A DNA stretch of 53,466 nt. Origin: a virus. The stretch's first letter is position 1; every line of letters starts with the position of its first letter. Shown piece by piece: positions 15,473-23,484 of the stretch. The stretch lies in the IMG/VR virus record IMGVR_UViG_3300025534_000001; one strand, written 5' to 3'. The notes beneath the pieces were generated by a model. That model searched no databases and was not told the origin of the DNA. It saw only the letters and a program-made list of their open reading frames with translations. A program made the position numbers and the translations under genes.

Positions 15473-16686
15473 GCTTTAGCTTGTTCGCCCTTCATCTTAG
15501 CATTATAATCCCGGATCATTTGCATCAGGATCGGGATGGTCGGATTGACAACAAACTTGCCGAGAGCCGAAGTTCTGTCCTTTGCCATGTACTTGCCCGT
15601 GTTCTGCAGAAGCAGAATCCGGACCGTCTCTTCGGACTCGTTGACGTACGAATAATAGTAGCCGACGATGTCCACGAGACCCGGTACTTGATACATCAGC
15701 TTACCAGGAAGATCCGGACCGACCGTGACTTCTTTGGTCTTCTCGTCCGTCTTCTCAGCAGGCAAAGCAGCCCAAATCTTGTGAATCGGCAGAGCACGGA
15801 AATCGCGAATGAGTTCCTTGATGTGGCTCTGATTCTTGCCCCACTCACGCGGAGACGGCACGTCGGGGTCCCGGGTCGGATCGTCCTTGACGACCTGCTC
15901 CATGATTTCGCGCATGTCATATTGCTGGATCTCCGTCAAGGAGTCGATCGCAACCGTGCGATAGATCGGCACGACGAAATCTTTGCGCTCTTCTTCAGGA
16001 ATGCGGAAGAGGATACAAGCGTTCGTATGCCACCGCTCGATTTCCTTTTGATCGTTGTTGCGTTGTGCCTTGAGATACTGGTCGCGGATATGGCAGTATT
16101 GCTCCAGCCAACCTTTGAACTCTTCGACGGTCGAGAACTTGTAGACCTTGACCCGCTTGATACCTTTCTTGAAGCGGATCGTGGCCTTACCGGATTCGGC
16201 GTCCAACAAGATGACAGAAGCCGTCTCCGGATCGTCTTGAGCCGTACCTATCAAGTACGTCTTCCCGACCCCGGAAGGTCCATAGATCAAGATATTAAGC
16301 CAATCTTCCGTGTCTTCGTCGCCGATGTCCTCCATCTCGAAGCCCAACGGAGGCAAAGCAGCAGGCACAGCCTTTACCGGCTCCGCTTTGTTTTGCGCAG
16401 GCGCCTCTTCTTCCTGCTTCTGGATCTGGGGTTTAGGTGCCGCACCGCTTGATGCGCCGGGCTTGACCACACCAGCGTTTCCGCCTGCGGGGGTGATTTT
16501 GACGGTTGCTGCGGACTTGGGCGCGGTTCGTACTCCGCCGAGGCCAGGTGGCAAATTGTTTTCTTTGCCGGGCAGCGGACTGCTGGTTTTCGGCGGCTCC
16601 TCTTCTTGAGGCGGTTGCTGTTGAACCTTTGCTTCTTGCTCCTCTTCAGGAGTCGGCTTCTTCTTCTTCGGTTCTTCTTTCGACAT
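15469..16686 (-). CDS. AAA_24 / Sak4-like RecA-fold ATPase with a ~130-aa Pro/Glu/Lys-rich disordered N-terminal extension
   Basis: ILIYGPSGVGKT Walker A and VILLDAE. The N-terminus is low complexity (PKKKKPTPEEEQE...PPLGFE). Confidence 0.75.
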   Translation of the reverse strand: MSKEEPKKKKPTPEEEQEAKVQQQPPQEEEPPKTSSPLPGKENNLPPGLGGVRTAPKSAATVKITPAGGNAGVVKPGASSGAAPKPQIQKQEEEAPAQNKAEPVKAVPAALPPLGFEMEDIGDEDTEDWLNILIYGPSGVGKTYLIGTAQDDPETASVILLDAESGKATIRFKKGIKRVKVYKFSTVEEFKGWLEQYCHIRDQYLKAQRNNDQKEIERWHTNACILFRIPEEERKDFVVPIYRTVAIDSLTEIQQYDMREIMEQVVKDDPTRDPDVPSPREWGKNQSHIKELIRDFRALPIHKIWAALPAEKTDEKTKEVTVGPDLPGKLMYQVPGLVDIVGYYYSYVNESEETVRILLLQNTGKYMAKDRTSALGKFVVNPTIPILMQMIRDYNAKMKGEQAKA

Positions 16687-16852
16687 ACGGGTTTACCTCC
16701 TCATTGTATTGAGACATGCACTCCAACAAATCGTCTGCTTTGCTTGAAATAGAGAGCATGGCTTCTCTTGAAATTCTGCCCATACCGTACAACCGGGCTA
16801 CACGGTTTCTGACTGCTTGCACTTCTTCGATTGCTTTGTCGAGTCCTTTCAT
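16646..16852 (-). CDS. Hypothetical 68-aa protein
   Basis: ATGA-coupled ORF. Confidence 0.55.
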   Translation of the reverse strand: MKGLDKAIEEVQAVRNRVARLYGMGRISREAMLSISSKADDLLECMSQYNEEVNPYVERRTEEEEADS

Positions 16853-17034
16853 CTTGGGTCATCCTTCTTCCGTTTCACTTCACCTTCCAAACGCTTAATG
16901 ACCCGTCCCATTTCACAGTCTTTTGCGTGGATACTGAATCCGTAGGTTCCATATCCACACACAGGGCACTCATTTCCATGACCCCATTCGAGTTTCTTAA
17001 GAAGATTGAGCGCCTCCTTCAAAACGGGCTTCAT
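16849..17034 (-). CDS. Hypothetical 61-aa Cys-containing protein
   Basis: ATG at 17034 with RBS ggaggagg. Contains CPVC...C. Confidence 0.55.
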   Translation of the reverse strand: MKPVLKEALNLLKKLEWGHGNECPVCGYGTYGFSIHAKDCEMGRVIKRLEGEVKRKKDDPR

Positions 17035-17059
17035 AAGATCCTCCTCCTGGTCTTGAGAA

Positions 17060-18238
17060 TTACACCTCCTGTTCCCAAGCGAATACTGCGGAAGTGTCTT
17101 CCTCAGCACGCCTTTCGTATAAAGTCTCAAGCATCCAGTCGACGTCTTCGTTGTTGTTCATGCCAACACAGACATCGTAGAAATCGCAGTCCCAACTGCA
17201 ATCACGTGTAGGATTGTGGTAGAAGAACTGCGTTTGGATCATGTCAATTGCTTCATAATAAATGGTCAGCCCGATGTTCTCGATCTCGGCCGGCGATCTT
17301 TTGACCTTCTGCCGCTTGAAGAACTTGTTGGTGATGCTGTTCTCGGTGATCTCGGTCTGCTCTTTCAGGTGCTCGAGAATGTCTTGGTACTTGGCAGGAT
17401 CTTCACCGTGTTCGAGTAGCGTGGCGAGGTACACCTCATATGTTGTAGACTGGTTCTTGTTCTTGGAGAAGCCACCACGAACTAACGGCTCCGGTGGTTT
17501 CGGTACAGCCTTCTTCAGACCATTATAAATGACTCCGCGCACGTGCTTGTTGAGATCTGGTACCAGCTTCTTCAGAGCCCAGATATACGAGCCAACCTGT
17601 GTGTCAAGTTGGAGTTTCGACCAGTCACCGAATGTCTTGCAGGTCTTATGGTCGAAGATCCACAGATCACCGTAAATGTCCTCGACAATCAAATCGATGC
17701 GCCCTCTGTAATACACTGGAACTGCCGCAATGCCGTCTGCTTCGAGATCGCTGAGCTGTTCTTCGTCCATACCTTCGACTGGTTGATCGAAATATGCATG
17801 CAAATGATTGCCTTGAGGGTCGAGAATTGGGACTTCGAACAGAATCTCCACAGCAGGGCGTCCATCAGGGAAGACGTAGACATTGAAGTCGTCGTACTGC
17901 TGGGCAAATTGTTTGTAGTGCTCCAACATACCACGGCCGAGCTCCATCATCTCGTCATACTTCGCCTTCTCCTCGTGCAGTAACCCTTCTGTTTGGCGAA
18001 TCCGTTCAAGGCCTTCCGCAGCCCATTCGTTAAACACCTGCACGGGGTCTTGCCTGTAGCCGTAGAACATTTCGATGCCTTTGTGAACGCCCGAGCCGAG
18101 CCACAGCGTAGAGTTCGGTTTGACAGGTTGCAGCCCAAGCCAGAGCCGTGACGCCAAGTAAGCTTTGCGCTTACACCGCCGATACATGATGCGGTCAGAC
18201 GTGTGGATGCAGATCTTCCCGTCGCGGACCTGAATCAC
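17060..18238 (-). CDS. PD-(D/E)XK Cas4/RecB-family exonuclease with a 4-Cys cluster
   Basis: GRIDLIVED...IFDHKT nuclease motif. Cys at CKRKAY plus a C-terminal CSWDCDFYDVC. Confidence 0.75.
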   Translation of the reverse strand: MIQVRDGKICIHTSDRIMYRRCKRKAYLASRLWLGLQPVKPNSTLWLGSGVHKGIEMFYGYRQDPVQVFNEWAAEGLERIRQTEGLLHEEKAKYDEMMELGRGMLEHYKQFAQQYDDFNVYVFPDGRPAVEILFEVPILDPQGNHLHAYFDQPVEGMDEEQLSDLEADGIAAVPVYYRGRIDLIVEDIYGDLWIFDHKTCKTFGDWSKLQLDTQVGSYIWALKKLVPDLNKHVRGVIYNGLKKAVPKPPEPLVRGGFSKNKNQSTTYEVYLATLLEHGEDPAKYQDILEHLKEQTEITENSITNKFFKRQKVKRSPAEIENIGLTIYYEAIDMIQTQFFYHNPTRDCSWDCDFYDVCVGMNNNEDVDWMLETLYERRAEEDTSAVFAWEQEV

Positions 18239-18308
18239 ATATAACCACCCCTTGGATTAAATGTCAGGCAGGTACGGTCATCTCGACCTTACCTCTCCTA
18301 CATCTCTT

Positions 18309-18338
18309 ATTATAAAGCAGGTCCAAATCGACTTTCAA
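18309..18338 (-). promoter_or_regulatory. SigA-type promoter (TTGAAA-18-TATAAT)
   Basis: Minus strand reads ttgaaagtcgatttggacctgcttTATAAT. Confidence 0.55.
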
Positions 18339-18385
18339 CAACTTTTTTGAAGAAAGTTGAGAAAAGTTGAAAAAAGATAGAAAAA

Positions 18386-18408
18386 GACGCACGTAATGGG
18401 CGTGCGTC
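18386..18408 (-). terminator. Intrinsic terminator after 18409..19605
   Basis: Stem gacgcacg/cgtgcgtc followed by tttttctatctttttt on the minus strand. Confidence 0.8.
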
Positions 18409-19605
18409 TCAGTCTACCACCTTGCAACGGGTCAGGACCGTTTTGTTGTAACCGTTCCTTGCCTGATGGTCTTTGATCGTACCTCTGATCTTGTGCCATC
18501 CGAGTTCCAGGTCAGCATTGCTTGCAAACCACACAAACTCGTAACCCTCTTTGCTCCGCATGTGGTGGATGGTCGTGATGCCATAATCACCGGCGATCTC
18601 GTGCTTGTTGATTACTTCGAGTTCCAGCTCGATCTTGTCACCCTTTTCACCGTAGAATTTGTTGTAGCCGGGTTGTGCTGCATAGAACGCTTGTGCTTCT
18701 TCTTTACGCTTACGTTCTTCCTCCGTTTCCAGATGCCGCTGATATGCTCCAATCAGGCTTGCCAGCAGTCCAGTTTCACGCCACGAGATAGCTGCCATGC
18801 GAGTTACTACTCCGAGATTGTGCAGATAATCGTTGAGGTCTTCGTTGTCGCGCCAGGTCTCAGCCCAAGCCATCGCGTCACGTGCCAACCGCTCAGCCTC
18901 AGGCGAAATTTTAATGTTGCGGTACTCCTCGGGAGTGTATTTCGTCGGGAAAAGGATTTCGCCAGCTACGTGCGCGGTGGTGTTGATCGATTTGTGTTGT
19001 TCTTCATAAACTGCTTGGGCTTTCGTGCGGCTTACGAATCCGAATCGCAGTGTAGCTTCGGCACAGGCTTCCAAGAACCGCTCTGCCGAGATTAAGGCTG
19101 CCTTTTCTCCACGCGATTCACTTGCCCGTGCAAGTTCGTCAGCCTCTTGAAGCACTTCCAGCCAAGCTGCATATTCTTGCGGTTGAACGCCGTTCTCGAA
19201 AAAGTCTGCGAGGCAGTTGCGGCCGACTTGTTTGTATTCGCCTGTTTCAATGTGCTGAATCACGTAGGTTTCCTTGCGATAGCGAAGCGTCTTACAATGA
19301 TCGCAAACCGGTTTGGCTTCACGGAACTTCAGATCGACTGTTTCACCGGGAACAGTGCGCACGATGTTTTGGCCTTCGACGTATTGGAGCGTGGCAACGA
19401 ATTTCCAACCCTTGATTGCGGGGCGCTCTCCTTCAACTACCAGCTCGATGTAACGTTGTGCGGTGCCTTCCTTCTTGTTGATCACATCGAACGCGCCTAC
19501 CATGTACACCTCCACTTGAGGGCATCCAATTTTGGTTGCCTTCCGGTTGATTTTGCTCAGCTTCTTCAGCAGCTCCGGGACGTTCTCGATCGGGATGTTA
19601 TACAT
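18409..19605 (-). CDS. Hypothetical 398-aa protein (CDHCKT...GRNCL motif)
   Basis: Long ORF with a good RBS. No family recognised by eye. Confidence 0.7.
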   Translation of the reverse strand: MYNIPIENVPELLKKLSKINRKATKIGCPQVEVYMVGAFDVINKKEGTAQRYIELVVEGERPAIKGWKFVATLQYVEGQNIVRTVPGETVDLKFREAKPVCDHCKTLRYRKETYVIQHIETGEYKQVGRNCLADFFENGVQPQEYAAWLEVLQEADELARASESRGEKAALISAERFLEACAEATLRFGFVSRTKAQAVYEEQHKSINTTAHVAGEILFPTKYTPEEYRNIKISPEAERLARDAMAWAETWRDNEDLNDYLHNLGVVTRMAAISWRETGLLASLIGAYQRHLETEEERKRKEEAQAFYAAQPGYNKFYGEKGDKIELELEVINKHEIAGDYGITTIHHMRSKEGYEFVWFASNADLELGWHKIRGTIKDHQARNGYNKTVLTRCKVVD

Positions 19606-19633
19606 CACTCATCTCTCCCTTCCTTCTAATATA

Positions 19634-19669
19634 ATTATAACACGGGTTGACCTAAAAGGCAACCCGTGT
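19634..19669 (-). promoter_or_regulatory. Composite terminator hairpin plus SigA promoter (TTGCCT-17-TGTTATAAT)
   Basis: Minus strand reads ACACGGGTTGccttttaggtCAACCCGTGTTATAATtat. Confidence 0.75.
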
Positions 19670-19676
19670 TTTGATC

Positions 19677-20399
19677 TTAATTATGATCTTTGAGTGCATT
19701 GCGCCGTACTTCGAATTGTTGACCTTCTTCTACGCCTGCGGCAAAGGCTGCGGCGCGGAGCAATTCGTTGGCGGTGGCGTTCTTATGTGCGGTGAACTGG
19801 CTCTGCCTGGGCTTGACTTTGTTATCGATATAATCGACCACTGCCGGGTGCTTTTCGATAACGGCGAGCCAGTTGTTTTCGGCAACCTGCTTTTCGAACT
19901 TTTCTTTCAGGCCGGTAAGAAACCCTTCCGTGAACGCATCGCGCAAGCCGTGCATTGGGTGTCCTTTCGAATACATCCACCGAGCATATTTATCCGCATG
20001 ATACTTGATGGCATCGAGTGCGAACTGATAGACTTCAACCGCGAGCTCGACGTCTTCTTGTAGACCGACGAAAATGATTTGCTGCGGGGTTCCGGGCTTA
20101 TTGCGTTGCTTTGAAGGCCTGACGCCTACCAAATAGACGACCCGGAAATTATCAGCAATGATGCGCGCCAGGGAGCGATACCACCAGGGCATGTTACGTG
20201 ACGAGTATGATGCGTATCTTTCCACCACCTCCGGCTTGCGGTCAACGTCGACGGCATCTACTTGACTCATAGAAATGTTGTGCTCAGCCATCAGCTTCTG
20301 TGCCATCAGAAGTGCGTTCTCAGATTCATTGATGTTCGACTTATCGACGGCCAGTGCCAACAGCTTCTTCACGCGCGCCAATACTTTTTCTTGATTCAA
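19677..20399 (-). CDS. DUF2786-family protein
   Basis: The N-terminal KVLARVKKLLALA...SENEALLMAQKLMAEH-like helix pair is typical of DUF2786. Confidence 0.6.
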   Translation of the reverse strand: MNQEKVLARVKKLLALAVDKSNINESENALLMAQKLMAEHNISMSQVDAVDVDRKPEVVERYASYSSRNMPWWYRSLARIIADNFRVVYLVGVRPSKQRNKPGTPQQIIFVGLQEDVELAVEVYQFALDAIKYHADKYARWMYSKGHPMHGLRDAFTEGFLTGLKEKFEKQVAENNWLAVIEKHPAVVDYIDNKVKPRQSQFTAHKNATANELLRAAAFAAGVEEGQQFEVRRNALKDHN

Positions 20400-20429
20400 A
20401 ATAATCCCTCCTAGGTTAACTCTATTTGA

Positions 20430-20459
20430 ATTATAACCCAGGAGGGATTAAGATGGCAA
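20430..20459 (-). promoter_or_regulatory. SigA-type promoter (TTGCCA-18-TATAAT) with flanking inverted repeat AGGGATT/AATCCCT
   Basis: Minus strand reads aagggattgccatcttaatccctcctgggtTATAAT. Confidence 0.55.
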
Positions 20460-20463
20460 TCCC

Positions 20464-22161
20464 TTATTTAACGTAGACAGCTTTGAGCTCATCTACAATA
20501 TATTGGAAGGCTTCGATGGCATTGATGTTCTCTTGCTTACGGGCCAGTGCATTTTCGATCAGCTCATCAATGGTATTCCGAGCTACGACGCTATAGATGA
20601 CTGGCACGTTCTTCTGGCCTGGGCGAAGAATACGCCCCCTAGCTTGATGATTATCCTTCGGCACATAAGACTTGTCCATCATGATCATCGCCTGGGCGTT
20701 TTGGAAGTTGAAGCCCTCGCCCATCTTGGCGATGGTGCCGTGAATTACTTTGACTTCGCCTTGCTGGAAGGCTTTTTCGCGTCGACGGATTTCTTCGGCA
20801 TCGATGTCGCCATCAATGCGCAGCGCACTGATTCCGAGTCGTCTAAAGAGTTCCTCGAGGTAGCGCGTGTATTGCTTGAAATTGGTAAACACCACTACTT
20901 GTCCAGGTATTGAGTCGATAAGGTCAAGCAAAGCCGAAGTCTTGGCACTTTCATCTTCCTTGCCCCCGACCAAAGCAGGATTGAGCAACAGCATGCGCAG
21001 GCGAATATCGCGATCCAGTGTGTTCTTGGCCACCAACCAATTGTCTTCTGCTAGCTTAGCCAACATTTCCTTCATAAGATCGTCGTAGATCTTCCGTTCG
21101 TAGGCACTAAGCTCTACTTTGATTGCTTGATCGATGGCTTTAGGTAAGTTGTTGTGAACACCTTCATCGCCAATCTTGCGCTTGAACATATAAGGAACGA
21201 GCAGGCGGTGTAGAACTGGTTTGGCGTCTTCACGAATGCCTTGCACGCGTTGCACTGTTTTGATTCCCTGACGAGTCCAAATGTCCTCCTCTACAATATC
21301 CCCATAACGTTCAACGAAAGCCCATTTGGAAGTAAAACGTTGAGGATCGATACAGGACAACATACCGAAAAGTTCTTCCAGGTTACCATTGGGATCAGGA
21401 GTTGCAGTCAACAGCCAAAGATATTCGGACTTCAGCTTCATAAAATTTTTGGTCTGCTTGGTTTCCGGGTTTTTCAGTTTGTGCGCTTCATCACAAATGA
21501 TGACGTCCCAAGGCTTATCAAAGAGCTGCGGCCACTTTTCATGATCCAGCAGGCTGTAAGAAATCACTTTTACGCGTGATTCGGTCTCGATCTTCGCAAG
21601 CAATTTCTCGCGTCTTTTATAGGAACTTTTTTCTTCGCATACAACTACATTGCCAAAACTATGTTCCATGAACTCATCGCGCCACATGTACATGAGGGAC
21701 TTAGGGGCGATCACTAAAATTCGCTGCCCTGGTTTATAAACCTCATCTGCCGCCGCGATAGCTTCGATGGTCTTACCTACACCAACGTCATTAGCATTGA
21801 TGCATCTTTTGGCTTCCACCATAAAGGTTACATCGCAAGTTTGAAACTTATACAGCCATGCTTCATAACCGGTGGATAACTTAAAGCCCTCGTGCACGTT
21901 AGACGTCACAAAAGAAAGTCGCTCACGCTGATGCTTGAGTTCATATAGCCAAGACAGGACTTCCTGATCAGGTTGGTAGCCGCTGAACTTCATGATGTAA
22001 TAACAGGACATCTCGTCCCTAGCACAACGGAGGTACCTCTTGTCCCGAGAGAGGTTCACTCCAGAGACGTTAGCCGCGACCCTCTTCAAGACCGAATACG
22101 GAGCCACAAGCTTAAGGTACCTCTTGTCCCTGCCATCGAACGTTATAACCGGCTCACCCAA
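20464..22161 (-). CDS. SNF2/DEAD-like superfamily 2 helicase
   Basis: NDVGVGKT (motif I), CDEAHKLKN (motif II), plus a C-terminal helicase domain. Confidence 0.85.
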   Translation of the reverse strand: MGEPVITFDGRDKRYLKLVAPYSVLKRVAANVSGVNLSRDKRYLRCARDEMSCYYIMKFSGYQPDQEVLSWLYELKHQRERLSFVTSNVHEGFKLSTGYEAWLYKFQTCDVTFMVEAKRCINANDVGVGKTIEAIAAADEVYKPGQRILVIAPKSLMYMWRDEFMEHSFGNVVVCEEKSSYKRREKLLAKIETESRVKVISYSLLDHEKWPQLFDKPWDVIICDEAHKLKNPETKQTKNFMKLKSEYLWLLTATPDPNGNLEELFGMLSCIDPQRFTSKWAFVERYGDIVEEDIWTRQGIKTVQRVQGIREDAKPVLHRLLVPYMFKRKIGDEGVHNNLPKAIDQAIKVELSAYERKIYDDLMKEMLAKLAEDNWLVAKNTLDRDIRLRMLLLNPALVGGKEDESAKTSALLDLIDSIPGQVVVFTNFKQYTRYLEELFRRLGISALRIDGDIDAEEIRRREKAFQQGEVKVIHGTIAKMGEGFNFQNAQAMIMMDKSYVPKDNHQARGRILRPGQKNVPVIYSVVARNTIDELIENALARKQENINAIEAFQYIVDELKAVYVK

Positions 22162-22562
22162 TAATGATCGCCTCCCACAGTCATATAGTACAAAGCATGC
22201 CGGCAGGCGTCACGTGCATGTTTACTCAGACCCGTCCAAAAACCCAGTCGACGTAGTTTGTTGTCATCGAAAAGCTGCTTGTGGTCGGGGCCTTGTTCGA
22301 TCAGAGCAATTCCTTTCAGGTAACAGGTATGTTTGATTGCTCCGATAACCTCGACTTCGGGAAAGCTAGACCAGGTCTTGTGCTTTGCCTTCCAGGGATA
22401 TAGACGAAACGCCTCTACTACAATTATATTAGGTTCGACTTCAGTTATCAAGCGGTCCACCAAATCGAAGTAGTTGAAGTCGCCTGCGGCAATGTCGTGG
22501 GGTGAGTTGCTGAATACTGCGTACCCGGTGGTTCCTCCGGGGTCGAATGCTATGCCTCTCAT
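22143..22562 (-). CDS. RuvC-like Holliday junction resolvase
   Basis: GIAFDPGGTTGYAV, VVEAF and HARDACRHALY (RNase H-fold acidic residues). Confidence 0.7.
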   Translation of the reverse strand: MRGIAFDPGGTTGYAVFSNSPHDIAAGDFNYFDLVDRLITEVEPNIIVVEAFRLYPWKAKHKTWSSFPEVEVIGAIKHTCYLKGIALIEQGPDHKQLFDDNKLRRLGFWTGLSKHARDACRHALYYMTVGGDHYWVSRL

Positions 22563-22586
22563 GGGTCCTCCTTATAGATAACGAAA

Positions 22587-22610
22587 GCCCTGACCGACTT
22601 GGTCAGAGCT
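22587..22610 (-). terminator. Candidate terminator hairpin after 22671..23165
   Basis: Stem ctgacc/ggtcag extended by agc/gct. The U-tract is weak. Confidence 0.4.
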
Positions 22611-22670
22611 CCCGTTGAGATGGTATTGGAATCAGGACACTGTCGCTTCGTCCCGTATTCCGTGAATGGA

Positions 22671-23165
22671 TTATTCGGCCGCTTCTTCGGAAGCTTCAGC
22701 TTCGCCAGCTTCGTCAGCCGGCGCCTCGGTCGCGGAATCTTCCGCCGATGTCTTTGCAGCCGCTTTTGCAGCGGCCCTGGCTGCGCGCTCTTCCGCTTTG
22801 CGAGCTTTTTCAGCGGCCTTGCGTTCCGCTTCGAGCCGGCGTTCTTCGGCTTTGCGTGCCTTCTCAGCTTCCTTGGCCGCCTTTTCTTCAGCTTTGCGCT
22901 GTTCAGCGTACTGCCCCACGTATTCGTGGTACACTTCCTTGAACAGTGCGCGGCCGTCGAAGATCGTTTGCCGGTAACCGGTGCCTTCCTGTTCGCGAAC
23001 GACTTCGCCGTTCACCGTGGCGGTCACCGTGTACCGCTTCGTTTCCATCGTAGCGCCTTCCTTGCCCGGAACCGGCACCACAACGACTTCTTGCTTGGCT
23101 TGGACGTGGACACCGTCCTGTTCACGTTCGTACAGAACGGTCGTCTTCTTGACGTTTTCCGACAT
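22671..23165 (-). CDS. Hypothetical protein with a Lys/Ala/Glu-rich repetitive C-terminal half
   Basis: Contains KAEEKAAKEAEKARKAEERRLEAERKAAEKARKAEERAARAAAKAAAK. Has its own promoter and RBS. Confidence 0.7.
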   Translation of the reverse strand: MSENVKKTTVLYEREQDGVHVQAKQEVVVVPVPGKEGATMETKRYTVTATVNGEVVREQEGTGYRQTIFDGRALFKEVYHEYVGQYAEQRKAEEKAAKEAEKARKAEERRLEAERKAAEKARKAEERAARAAAKAAAKTSAEDSATEAPADEAGEAEASEEAAE

Positions 23166-23200
23166 TGACTTGCTCCTCCTTTGGATTGATTGATGTCTTA

Positions 23201-23229
23201 ATTATAGTACAGGAGAATCGCAAAGTCAA
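23201..23229 (-). promoter_or_regulatory. SigA-type promoter (TTGACT-17-TATAAT)
   Basis: Minus strand reads ttgactttgcgattctcctgtacTATAAT. Confidence 0.65.
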
Positions 23230-23244
23230 CGCGGTCAGTTAAAA

Positions 23245-23484
23245 TTATTTCGTCAAATTGTGTTGCTTGAGGACTTCTTTCTGCTTCAGTCCTTTGCTGC
23301 TGATGTAGTTGTTCTTCCACCAAGTCCAGAGGGACACCACGATGGTGAAAATCGTGCTAATGGCAGTCTCGACGAGTTCATCCTCCAGCGGAAGTGGAGA
23401 AAGCCCGAATGCCGTCAGGACTTGGTTGACAAGAGCGATCAGCAGCAGGATCGTACGGATCAAAGAACCTTTGTCGAACTTCAT
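23245..23484 (-). CDS. Holin (phi-LC3 / phage_holin_1-like, two TM segments)
   Basis: LIRTILLLIALVNQVLTAFG...TIFTIVVSLWTWWKNN. ATGA-coupled to the amidase gene. Confidence 0.75.
   Translation of the reverse strand: MKFDKGSLIRTILLLIALVNQVLTAFGLSPLPLEDELVETAISTIFTIVVSLWTWWKNNYISSKGLKQKEVLKQHNLTK

Noticed and set aside
19677-22562. A lysogeny module (integrase, repressor or excisionase)
   Set aside because: No tyrosine or serine recombinase motifs were found anywhere. The only excisionase-like HTH (49007..49642) is fused to an unrelated domain in the early region. Absence is based on eye inspection only.
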